DNA from: a virus
Direction: 5' to 3' (one strand)
IMG/VR virus record: IMGVR_UViG_3300025141_017118
Span: 38,121 to 102,120 of that record
Length of the DNA stretch: 64,000 bases
The notes under the pieces are model-generated. The model had not been told where the DNA came from, searched no databases, and worked only from the letters and a program-made list of their open reading frames with translations. Positions 9,605 through 17,955 of this stretch are shown here, piece after piece. The position numbers and the translations under genes were made by a program. The stretch's first letter is position 1; every line of letters begins with the position of its first letter.

Positions 9605-9623
9605 CGAACTAACCTAATCTATA

Positions 9624-11582
9624 TTAGATAATGTTCAAGTCGAGCACTGTAACAGTACCGTAGAAGTCGGAACGAACCATCTTCTTACCGTAGCGAGTCA
9701 TGACACCCTTACGCGGGGTGAAGTCATCTGGCTGGAAGATAGTCGGCGTTACGATGAGAGGCACATACGGAGCGTAGACATAGCCTGTCTCCAGATAGCT
9801 ACCACCCTTGTATCCAACAAGAACCTTATTCCGTGGGAAGTAAGGATCCTTGTAGACCGTAAAGCGATTGCTAAGTGTACCAATCTTCTCAGCGCCGAGT
9901 GACATCGGAGCACTTACCTGGCCTTCACCATCAAGGGTGTAGGACGGACGGTAAAGAACCGAAGCCTCAAGAATCGTTGCAATATCGGGTGAAACCACGA
10001 CAAAGTTTGCCGAGCCACGCAATGTTAAGCGGTGAATCTCATTAGCGACATCAATGATTGTCTCAGTAAGGGTCTCATACCACTCGCGGACTGTACCGGT
10101 GAAGGCCGGTCCAGGAGCCAATGTATCAGACTTGCTGACCTCAGTACCTGTCTCACGATTGACAAACTTACCAGGGGCACGTGACCAGTAGCGACGTGTC
10201 TTAGCTTGTACCAGAAGATCATTAAGAACCTCACGGTCAATCTCTAGAGCAATCTGCTCTGAAAGGATTTGAGTAAGCTCAACCTCAGCATCTAAACTAT
10301 GGTATGCATTCAAGTCCTGAGCAAGTTCTGGTGACCATCGTGCACGCAACTTACGTGTAACGGCGGTAACAGCAACAGACTCAATCTTGATATCAATCTC
10401 AGGAATAACCGGAGAAGGAGTAGCACCAAAATTAGACTCAAACGAAGGAATCGTAAGAGTTGAACCATCAGCATCCACATCGAGTGTAGAAGCAATTGGA
10501 GCACTTATGTTGAGCTGCTGAAGGCTGGTTACGAACGAGCTATCCTGTACAGTACCAGTAACAACTGCCATGAAACAAGCATTTGCAGTGGCCTTTGTAA
10601 CCATAGGATCAGCAGTAAAGACGCCGGCCGTGAATGTACCAAGCTGGTTCAAACGACGGATATTGACGATATTCTGACCACCCTGCATTGTCTGTGGTAC
10701 CACACCAACACCTGCAGAACTTGGTGAGTTCTGTGATGTTACACCTGGAACGACTGGGCCTGTATTAAGAGCCCACTCCTGAACCTGTGTAAGATCGTAT
10801 TGAGCGAATGCCGAACTACCCAACGCAAAGAATACAGCCTGGAATCGACCATCGTTAGATTGATTTGGGTCACCTTCAATAAGTGTTGTAACCTGCGGGT
10901 CAAACTGAATAAGCTTGCCATCAGTACCGGTAGCAACAAGAAGGCCACCATCCTGAATTGTGGTACCGCCAACATTACCAACGGAACCAGAAGCAAGGAT
11001 CTTCACCGGTGCAGTCTCAGCACCGACCACACCATTTAGTGCGGAGCCACTGTGTACCTTTGTGAAGCCCTGACCTACAAGATCATAAAGACCACCGGCA
11101 CCCAATGAACCAGAACGAATTCCCTTACCTGCGGGGTTATTATAAATGGAAGAACCGGATGCATATACCTCAACCTTATCACTAATGGTTGTATCAGAAG
11201 TATATGACTCACGGGAACCATATGTGTAATCCAAGTAGAAAAGCAGGCCAGAAGGCAAGCTCATCGGCTGGATGGAAACGAGCTCGTTAGCAACGAGACC
11301 GCCAAAGACCCGACGAACGATCGGGAAAGCAATATTTGTGAAGCCCTGCAAGTCACCGGAGCGAGCACCTAAGCCCCCACCAGTACCTACTGAATTTGCT
11401 TCACGAAGAAGTTGTCCTGCTTGGTTCTCCAATAGACGTGACATGTTCTCACGATGAGTGCCGTCCATGCCTCTCAGGAGTCCCGTACGAGACCACTTCT
11501 CCACAAGCCGACGGTTTTGCGTACCCAAGTGACGGGAACGAATACCTTCAGTCAGCGATTCAAGTGAAAAAGATTTTGACAT
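9624..11582 (-). CDS. Major capsid protein (T4 gp23-like) with large insertion domain
   Basis: FPIVRRVF...LVSIQPM..PSGLLFYL, V.A.TRKLRARWSPELAQDLNAYHSLDAEVEL..ILS.QI.LEIDRE, YAPYVPL, F.PRKGVMTRYG; AGGAG SD. Confidence 0.96.
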   Translation of the reverse strand: MSKSFSLESLTEGIRSRHLGTQNRRLVEKWSRTGLLRGMDGTHRENMSRLLENQAGQLLREANSVGTGGGLGARSGDLQGFTNIAFPIVRRVFGGLVANELVSIQPMSLPSGLLFYLDYTYGSRESYTSDTTISDKVEVYASGSSIYNNPAGKGIRSGSLGAGGLYDLVGQGFTKVHSGSALNGVVGAETAPVKILASGSVGNVGGTTIQDGGLLVATGTDGKLIQFDPQVTTLIEGDPNQSNDGRFQAVFFALGSSAFAQYDLTQVQEWALNTGPVVPGVTSQNSPSSAGVGVVPQTMQGGQNIVNIRRLNQLGTFTAGVFTADPMVTKATANACFMAVVTGTVQDSSFVTSLQQLNISAPIASTLDVDADGSTLTIPSFESNFGATPSPVIPEIDIKIESVAVTAVTRKLRARWSPELAQDLNAYHSLDAEVELTQILSEQIALEIDREVLNDLLVQAKTRRYWSRAPGKFVNRETGTEVSKSDTLAPGPAFTGTVREWYETLTETIIDVANEIHRLTLRGSANFVVVSPDIATILEASVLYRPSYTLDGEGQVSAPMSLGAEKIGTLSNRFTVYKDPYFPRNKVLVGYKGGSYLETGYVYAPYVPLIVTPTIFQPDDFTPRKGVMTRYGKKMVRSDFYGTVTVLDLNII

Positions 11583-11606
11583 TTTATTCTCCTATAAAAA
11601 ATAATT

Positions 11607-13358
11607 TTACTTTTTGTTGTCAATTCCTGCAAGGACTGCCCAGCGATCTGTCTCACCCGATTTCTTTGCCGAAGCGGCGGAGCGGGTTGATCTGGAAGAT
11701 GAACCGAGTAGCTTGCGTCCCTCACGAAGAGTACCTCTCTTCTTTAGGGATGTTGTTAAGCTCTTATAGAGCAGTTTTGCCTCGCGGAGCGTCTTGGCAT
11801 TATCTAAAGCCTCGACAATAGCTCTTTGCTGCTTGGATGATAAATTTCTATTTTGCATAAGCTTATTGACATAAAGAAGCTTAGCATTAAAGAGATTCAT
11901 TTCAGTTAACTGATTTTTGAGTGCAACGACTGCTCTCTTATATTCCTTTAACTGGTTTCCTGTTTTACGTACGGCCTTTCGACCACGTCCTTTTCTTGTT
12001 CTTGCACGAGATTCAGCAATTCGCTGTGCACGTCGACGGCGGAGGTTGCGGCGACGGCGTGATTCGACTGTTACCTCGGTTTCCGATACGGGACCGAGCT
12101 CATCAGCCAAAGCGTTTAAAAGATCTTCTTCGCTGACATCAACAAGGACATCACCTAAATCTTCTCCACCGTGATCCAGGCTTGGATCAGCATCCTTTGC
12201 CTCTTCTTGCTCACGAAGGCGTCTCATATGACGAAGAGCACGACGTAAAGAAGCTTCATCTAACTCATAAACCTCTTCCTCAGTCTCCTCTTCAACATCT
12301 ACAACCTCTTCATCTTCATCAGCAGCTAGCTCAATAGACACATCAAGGTCATCAACGTTAACCTCATCAGTATCTTCGACGCCTAAGACATCAAGATCAT
12401 CGTCAGTAAGCATAAGATCAAGTTCACCCAGATCCATCTGCTCATCTTCAACGTCAATCTCTTCCTCTTCAACGTCCTCTGCACCAGCCATGCTGACAAC
12501 AACATCAAGGTCGTCAACGCTAACCTCCTCAGTATCTTCGACACCGAGTGTTTCTAAATCCTCATCAGAAAGTACAACATCTAACTCATCAAGAGTTTCC
12601 TCTTGATCAGCTTGATCGGCTGCATCTAACTGCTCGAACAATCTATCAAATAGTGATTCTGCATGTCGCCTTGACATTTTTTTCATCTCCTTTATTACCT
12701 CATTAAATCTCGAGCGAACATTATTTTTATTTTGCGCTCTTTTTGTAAATATTACGTGATCTCGTAAACTGATTGCTTCTTTTAACAATTGTGTGTAATG
12801 TTTACGGGCAGACTCTCGTAGGGTCACATCATTTTTATTAATATTTGCCCACTCAAGAAGCCTATTAAACCTTTTAACTCTTATAGCCAAATCGTTTACA
12901 CGATTATCAATTGCCCTCTCACCCAACAACGCTGGATTTTTTATAAACATTGCAAGAGCCCGGGCAGACTCCGTATTGAGACTCATCAAGTCATCTTCCT
13001 GATCCGTTGAATACATTAGATCATCATCTTCTGTACCAATATAAGAAGACTCATCATCAGTCTCATATTCATCCTCAGCCTGGGTTATATCACCGGACGA
13101 AAGAGCGATGGTTGCGTCACCTTGTACGTCAATATCAATAGTAGGACTATCAATATCTGAATCTTCAAGTGAATCCATTACGGAATCCATCCCTATGTCG
13201 TCATTCTCAGTATCTTCAATATCGTCTATAAGCTCTTGTTCAATCAACATTCGAATTCGAGGTGTTATAGATTCCAAAATTTTATTTTTCGCATTTTGCT
13301 CAGCAACTTTTCTTAATTGCCTTGCGTCTGCGATGGCTTCATCAAATAATGTTGTCAT
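11607..13358 (-). CDS. Prohead core/scaffolding protein (very acidic, with basic segment)
   Basis: Directly upstream of MCP; LFDEAIADARQLRKVAEQNAK and EMNLFNAKLLY.NKL...RWAVLAGI motifs; D/E-rich middle. ATG 13358 has GGAG (track start 13370). Confidence 0.75.
   Translation of the reverse strand: MTTLFDEAIADARQLRKVAEQNAKNKILESITPRIRMLIEQELIDDIEDTENDDIGMDSVMDSLEDSDIDSPTIDIDVQGDATIALSSGDITQAEDEYETDDESSYIGTEDDDLMYSTDQEDDLMSLNTESARALAMFIKNPALLGERAIDNRVNDLAIRVKRFNRLLEWANINKNDVTLRESARKHYTQLLKEAISLRDHVIFTKRAQNKNNVRSRFNEVIKEMKKMSRRHAESLFDRLFEQLDAADQADQEETLDELDVVLSDEDLETLGVEDTEEVSVDDLDVVVSMAGAEDVEEEEIDVEDEQMDLGELDLMLTDDDLDVLGVEDTDEVNVDDLDVSIELAADEDEEVVDVEEETEEEVYELDEASLRRALRHMRRLREQEEAKDADPSLDHGGEDLGDVLVDVSEEDLLNALADELGPVSETEVTVESRRRRNLRRRRAQRIAESRARTRKGRGRKAVRKTGNQLKEYKRAVVALKNQLTEMNLFNAKLLYVNKLMQNRNLSSKQQRAIVEALDNAKTLREAKLLYKSLTTSLKKRGTLREGRKLLGSSSRSTRSAASAKKSGETDRWAVLAGIDNKK
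12336..12593 (-). repeat. Diverged internal duplication in the scaffold gene (2 x ~96 bp, 162-bp period)
   Basis: LDELDVVLSDEDLETLGVEDTEEVSVDDLDV versus LGELDLMLTDDDLDVLGVEDTDEVNVDDLDV; shared DNA tcagtatcttcgac and acatcaaggtc. Confidence 0.8.
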
Positions 13359-13382
13359 TATTAACTCCAAACATGCTACCTC

Positions 13383-13390
13383 TTAAATAT
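13383..13390 (-). promoter_or_regulatory. Candidate late promoter element (ATATTTAA)
   Basis: Recurring motif ~25 nt upstream of the scaffold-MCP unit. Confidence 0.45.
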
Positions 13391-13400
13391 ACGGCTGTAC

Positions 13401-13625
13401 TCATTTCTTTCCCTTAATTTTGTGCGCCACATTGGTCTTATGTCTCATTTTGGCAGCATGCTTTTTTCTTCTTCGCTTTGTACCCTTTGATTCATGAAAT
13501 GATCTGTCTTTAACTTCTTTGACAATACCTTCCTCTTTGCACTTACGAGTAAATTTTCGTAACAATTGTTCAAAGGTACGTATTTTTCCCCCCATGTGTA
13601 CACTAACGTTGGTCGGCTTAGACAA
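13401..13625 (-). CDS. rpsU: Phage-encoded 30S ribosomal protein bS21
   Basis: 74 aa, very basic; FEQLLRKFTRKCKEEGIVKEVKDRSFHESKGTKRRRKK aligns with the bS21 pattern (ALRRFKR.C...G...E.R.REFYEKP..RKR); TTG start after GAGG. Confidence 0.85.
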   Translation of the reverse strand: MSKPTNVSVHMGGKIRTFEQLLRKFTRKCKEEGIVKEVKDRSFHESKGTKRRRKKHAAKMRHKTNVAHKIKGKK

Positions 13626-13627
13626 AA

Positions 13628-14236
13628 TTACCTCTTTTTACCGGTAGATTCAATGCTTGCCAGCGAATCAATATAATCTTGTGTTGCCTGAACTTTTGCA
13701 ATTGCAATCTCATCATCGTCTAAAATATCCTGTAATGTGTATGCTCCAATTTCATCATGTGTGGGAAATTCGGGATCGGGAGGGCGGTGGGCATAGCCCT
13801 GCAGGGTGCCCGTCTTCTTTGCTGGTCTTTCATCATATGCCGCCTGCTGTGTAAATCCCCCAGTAGAAACTCCTCTCTTTTTATATAATGAAGGAATGGG
13901 TGATATGCCGTTCATCGTTGCTATAACCTCACTAATTTTAAGGTTTCCAGCAACAAAGTAAAACGGGTCGGTACCATTAGCCGCTAAGTAGTCGGTGGGC
14001 ATATAATCCATGTTCGCCTTTGTTACGACTGCCATGTCATCATCTAACAGGTCAACCTCATCATCTTCGTATATATCTGGTTCCACATAAGGATAAGACG
14101 ATGCGGATATACGGGGATCATGAAACTTTGAAACCATTGTGCCGTACCCTAAGTCGGAACGAGCATCGGAAAAAAGAGGAGAATGAGAAGGTGTAGTCCC
14201 TTTTATATCTGTCTTCGCTTTTTGAAAGGGTGGCAT
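13628..14236 (-). CDS. Hypothetical protein in head module
   Basis: 202-aa ORF, co-oriented and tightly packed; no recognised domain. Confidence 0.6.
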   Translation of the reverse strand: MPPFQKAKTDIKGTTPSHSPLFSDARSDLGYGTMVSKFHDPRISASSYPYVEPDIYEDDEVDLLDDDMAVVTKANMDYMPTDYLAANGTDPFYFVAGNLKISEVIATMNGISPIPSLYKKRGVSTGGFTQQAAYDERPAKKTGTLQGYAHRPPDPEFPTHDEIGAYTLQDILDDDEIAIAKVQATQDYIDSLASIESTGKKR

Positions 14237-14251
14237 CTAAAGTATTCCGAC

Positions 14252-15064
14252 CTAAAGTATTGTGGTGTTGGCCACTGTATAAGAAGACTTACCCATAGCA
14301 AGAGACGGCATAGTGATACTGCTTTGTGCTTTTCCTGGGTTTGACGGGAAGCCCTGGATATTCCATGATCCAGGTGATGTTTCTACCAAAAGGTTATAGG
14401 GGCTGCCATATTGTGCATCTCGAATGGATTCAGCAGGTGATAAAACATTATCACCACCCATCACCTTTTCATATTGGGATATGAAATAGGCGGTCACCCC
14501 TGCGTTTTTTCCAAAAATATGTCGCGAGCCCCAGGCGGCGCCGGCGGGTACATCGTAACCGCTAGTTGTTCCTTCAGGTAATGCAGGGTTTGGAACAAAA
14601 GGGATGATGGGAGGCAGCGAAACGTTTTTCGCTTGTGAGATGCCCCCACCCAGGGCGGCGGCGGGATCTTTATCTTCGGCCCACACCCCAGGAGGTGTAA
14701 GAGCTGGATCACCATCAAAAACAATCAGTGACATATCTTTTTTATTAGTGCCAGCTATTCTAGGGGGTCCAAACCGGGGATTAAAATAAGGTAAACCCCA
14801 ATAATCTGCTTTATAGTTGGGTGCCTCTGTGCCCAAGGGAGTTATTGCCGGAGCATTATTCATAACATGATTAACCCAATATACGGTTACATAATCATTA
14901 TCCGGAGCATCTAATGCAACATCCAGACCGGTGCCGTCATTGATGAACCCGTTAGGGCCATAGGGAAATCCATGATAAAACAGTCGCTGTGTATTGGACG
15001 TTGTACCACGCGTTGACCAGGTGTCTACTGCGGCCGGAACGTTGATCTTTGTATAGTTGGACAT
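14252..15064 (-). CDS. Pro/Gly-rich putative head protein, paralog of 15098..15640
   Basis: Shares [FY]VPNP, G[DE]N[VT]LSP and L[AT]MGKS motifs with the neighbouring gene. Confidence 0.6.
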   Translation of the reverse strand: MSNYTKINVPAAVDTWSTRGTTSNTQRLFYHGFPYGPNGFINDGTGLDVALDAPDNDYVTVYWVNHVMNNAPAITPLGTEAPNYKADYWGLPYFNPRFGPPRIAGTNKKDMSLIVFDGDPALTPPGVWAEDKDPAAALGGGISQAKNVSLPPIIPFVPNPALPEGTTSGYDVPAGAAWGSRHIFGKNAGVTAYFISQYEKVMGGDNVLSPAESIRDAQYGSPYNLLVETSPGSWNIQGFPSNPGKAQSSITMPSLAMGKSSYTVANTTIL

Positions 15065-15097
15065 AATCGTTAGATCCCCCTACAGGCTGGCGGTACG

Positions 15098-15640
15098 CTA
15101 TGCAATAACATCAGTATAAGACTTACCCATAGTCAATACTTCACCCAATGTCTGGGCCCTTATGTCTTTCGTGGTTTTTCGCGGGCTGAGTGTGTTTTCA
15201 CCTACAAATGGGGTCTTGTTTGGAGGGGGAGCATTATCACCTGACATAAAATCCGCAGGAGGTGCCGGTACTTTATTTGGATCCACACCATTTCCTTCAC
15301 CAGGAGATACAGGATTAGGAACGTATGCGTTTGCCGGATCACCGGGCTTGGCGTATTTGAAGCCAGCAAGATCAAGCGACTTCATTTCCTCACCCTCATT
15401 ACCCAGGAACTTTGTCCATACTGGCTTGTCAAACTGGAAACCATTCTCCACCTTACCAGATATAACCGCCTCGTATATCGCTACAGCCGCTGTGTCGGTG
15501 TAATTTTCTGCTCCATACATTGGACTGCCCGGAAAGCACGCAGTTAACAAGTTGGAATCAGAGGTAGAATAACCAGCAACTGTTCCTAGGCTTTGGTTTG
15601 TTTTGGTTGGCATGTCCACCATATTTTGTTTTTTTGACAT
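15098..15640 (-). CDS. Pro/Gly-rich putative head protein, paralog of 14252..15064
   Basis: GGAG SD; YVPNP, GENTLSP and LTMGKS motifs. Confidence 0.6.
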   Translation of the reverse strand: MSKKQNMVDMPTKTNQSLGTVAGYSTSDSNLLTACFPGSPMYGAENYTDTAAVAIYEAVISGKVENGFQFDKPVWTKFLGNEGEEMKSLDLAGFKYAKPGDPANAYVPNPVSPGEGNGVDPNKVPAPPADFMSGDNAPPPNKTPFVGENTLSPRKTTKDIRAQTLGEVLTMGKSYTDVIA

Positions 15641-15679
15641 CTTTAGTCTCCAAAATTTTGCATGTTAATCATGCATGTA

Positions 15680-15961
15680 TTACTTAAGTCTCTTAATTAC
15701 TCTAGCACGTAACTTTCTTTTAACTTCATTAACTCGCTTAAGGCTCTTGCGCAGGCGTGATTCCTTTATCTTAAGTGCCTTCATCCAATCCACATCTTGT
15801 TCAATGGTGCCTGCCATTTCATCAGCATCGACCTCATCAGTCTTTGCAGCAGCTTTTTCTACGCTCTCTTCACCAAGCTCTAATGATTCTAACATTTTTC
15901 TACGTTCTCTAAGAACCAGCTTCTTTAATAAAGCTGGAGTTAATTTTTTTACCTTCGCCAT
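15680..15961 (-). CDS. Small charged putative prohead core protein
   Basis: AAGGAG SD; helical; several L/I-x-E sites (LRE, IKE) as in T4-type core proteins. Confidence 0.55.
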   Translation of the reverse strand: MAKVKKLTPALLKKLVLRERRKMLESLELGEESVEKAAAKTDEVDADEMAGTIEQDVDWMKALKIKESRLRKSLKRVNEVKRKLRARVIKRLK

Positions 15962-16029
15962 TGTGTATCTCCTTTTAAATGAGGCATATTAATATTTATT
16001 ACGAAATTTTGTTTTTATCAGCAACAATG

Positions 16030-16476
16030 TCATCTAATTTTTTTTTCTGCAAATGCTAGGTCTGCCCAATTAGTGGCCGACTCACCAAAAAGATCCATGG
16101 GATCAGCAGAAGCAGCTGCGCGGGTGGCAGAATCTGCCATGCCCAATTGGGACCCTCCCCTCTCAGCGTCAATCTGTTCTTGCAACGTACCCATTGCCGT
16201 ATCTGCAAAAATAGAAGCCATGACAGGATCTGCTGTTAATGTATTAACTGTCTGGTGCACACGCTCTTCATGCTTTTCCTGCTTGCTTCCAAATGTTATA
16301 TGGTCCAGTGCAGGTCTCGAATTAATTATTGATTTTTTTTGTGTTTTCTTGCGAGGCTTTCCTCTTTTATTCGACTCATTCACTAAGTCAGAGCCGCCAG
16401 CTAATCCCTCCGCTAGAATCTCAACCAAACACTCTTTAACTATTCCCTTAAGTTTTTCTCTAGATAACCTTGCCAT
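16030..16476 (-). CDS. Putative prohead core protein
   Basis: ATG 16476 (MARLSREKLKGIVKECLVEILAE) follows the protease stop by 5 nt; the track start of 16494 overlaps the protease gene. Confidence 0.55.
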   Translation of the reverse strand: MARLSREKLKGIVKECLVEILAEGLAGGSDLVNESNKRGKPRKKTQKKSIINSRPALDHITFGSKQEKHEERVHQTVNTLTADPVMASIFADTAMGTLQEQIDAERGGSQLGMADSATRAAASADPMDLFGESATNWADLAFAEKKIR

Positions 16477-16481
16477 TATTT

Positions 16482-17090
16482 TTACTCGTCCCAATCCAGT
16501 ATATCATTAAAAACCCTATCAACCCTATCGCTTTTGTTAAAGTATGTCTTTAACTGTTTGCTGGATAATTCTTTTCCTTCTGACATCATAAAAGCACCGG
16601 GGGTGGAGGGTTCGGAGACAAAGTCCCAGCATATTAACTGAAAATCATCTTGTACCACATCATAATCGCCATCCCTGCGTGTGCTTCCTACCCCCCTAGA
16701 CGAGATACCCAGGGTTACCCCGGACTCTACTAAGCTTTGAAGAATTTTCCCACAAGGTGTATCAAGCAGCTCTACATTTCCATAACATACATCACCGTCC
16801 ATCCATGCTTCTCTCACAATATGAGAAACATTTTTTAATTCAACAACTGAGGAGTCTGGGTGATCACATTCACCTAGTGCACGGTTCTCTCGAATAAACT
16901 TTTGATAATTTCTTACTTCTCTCTCTAAAATAGGCAGAGGATAAATACGTCCGTTTTGATTTAAGGTATCAGCTTTTTGTAACACCCCCTTAAGGATAAC
17001 TTTTCCATTATTTGTATCTCGTGACTCTTTTATCATATCCTCGGAATATTCAAAGGGTCTCCAGTCTGAAAGTACTTTTAGTTTACTCAT
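16482..17090 (-). CDS. Prohead core protease (T4 gp21-like, peptidase S77)
   Basis: NQNGRIYP, ALGECDHP, LGISSRGVGS and DFVSEPSTPGA motifs. Confidence 0.95.
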   Translation of the reverse strand: MSKLKVLSDWRPFEYSEDMIKESRDTNNGKVILKGVLQKADTLNQNGRIYPLPILEREVRNYQKFIRENRALGECDHPDSSVVELKNVSHIVREAWMDGDVCYGNVELLDTPCGKILQSLVESGVTLGISSRGVGSTRRDGDYDVVQDDFQLICWDFVSEPSTPGAFMMSEGKELSSKQLKTYFNKSDRVDRVFNDILDWDE

Positions 17091-17094
17091 TAAA

Positions 17095-17955
17095 CTACTC
17101 CTCTTCTAAAAGCGTTTGTTTTAGACGGCTTATCGTCAATAGTTTTGTAACCGTGGCATCGGTTATATTTTTAATATCAACTGCCAATATCTTTGACTTG
17201 ACATCATTGACCTTTTCATTCAAAATCGAATTACTAGTTTTTCTCATGAACTGATCGATTTCTTGTAATGTGTCACTCTTAATACTGTTAAATACCTTTC
17301 CTAAAGAGCTATGTGAGCCCTCATTTAACGCATATTCTCTTATAATCCTGGTTTGCTCAGAGTTCAATGTACTGTAATATTTCTTATTAAATTTCTCTGT
17401 CATTAATCGTACGGTAAGTGTATCAATACGTCCAGAGATATCACGTTCCGTTGTATCGTTCATTGCGTGGTCAGGGACCACGGGACTTTCACTTAATAAT
17501 CTTTTGCATACGCCATCTTCATACTCTGCAATCCTGCCAATGTCTTTGCTTCCTGCTCTCCAGTCGTTGAGCAACGTTTGGATAGTAGCATAGTCTCGAT
17601 AGTTGGAAACTCTTCTATTATAAAAATTACTTTCGTTAATAAGATGATTAATTTCCTTGATCAACAATGACTTTTGCTTTCTAAGCTCTTGCTTGTCAAA
17701 TTTGGTCGATGCCTTTTTTGATTCCATGATTATACGATTAGCAATAACAGGATTCTCTACACGAGTGCGGACCAGGGAATTAAACAATCTAAACTCTTTG
17801 TACAGTTCAGTGCCTGGCCGGAAGTGCCTGCGGATCAACGATAAGATAGTATTACCTCTCTTCACGTCAGATGCAACAATTGACTCAGACATTGCCTGAA
17901 CCAATTGTTCAAAGATTATTCCTATATTTCTTTTTTTATTATGTGTCTTATTCAT
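17095..17955 (-). CDS. Hypothetical head-assembly protein between portal and protease
   Basis: Likely start MNKTHNKKRNIGIIFE at 17955, overlapping the portal stop (track start 17976); helical, with several L-x-E sites. Confidence 0.6.
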   Translation of the reverse strand: MNKTHNKKRNIGIIFEQLVQAMSESIVASDVKRGNTILSLIRRHFRPGTELYKEFRLFNSLVRTRVENPVIANRIIMESKKASTKFDKQELRKQKSLLIKEINHLINESNFYNRRVSNYRDYATIQTLLNDWRAGSKDIGRIAEYEDGVCKRLLSESPVVPDHAMNDTTERDISGRIDTLTVRLMTEKFNKKYYSTLNSEQTRIIREYALNEGSHSSLGKVFNSIKSDTLQEIDQFMRKTSNSILNEKVNDVKSKILAVDIKNITDATVTKLLTISRLKQTLLEEE

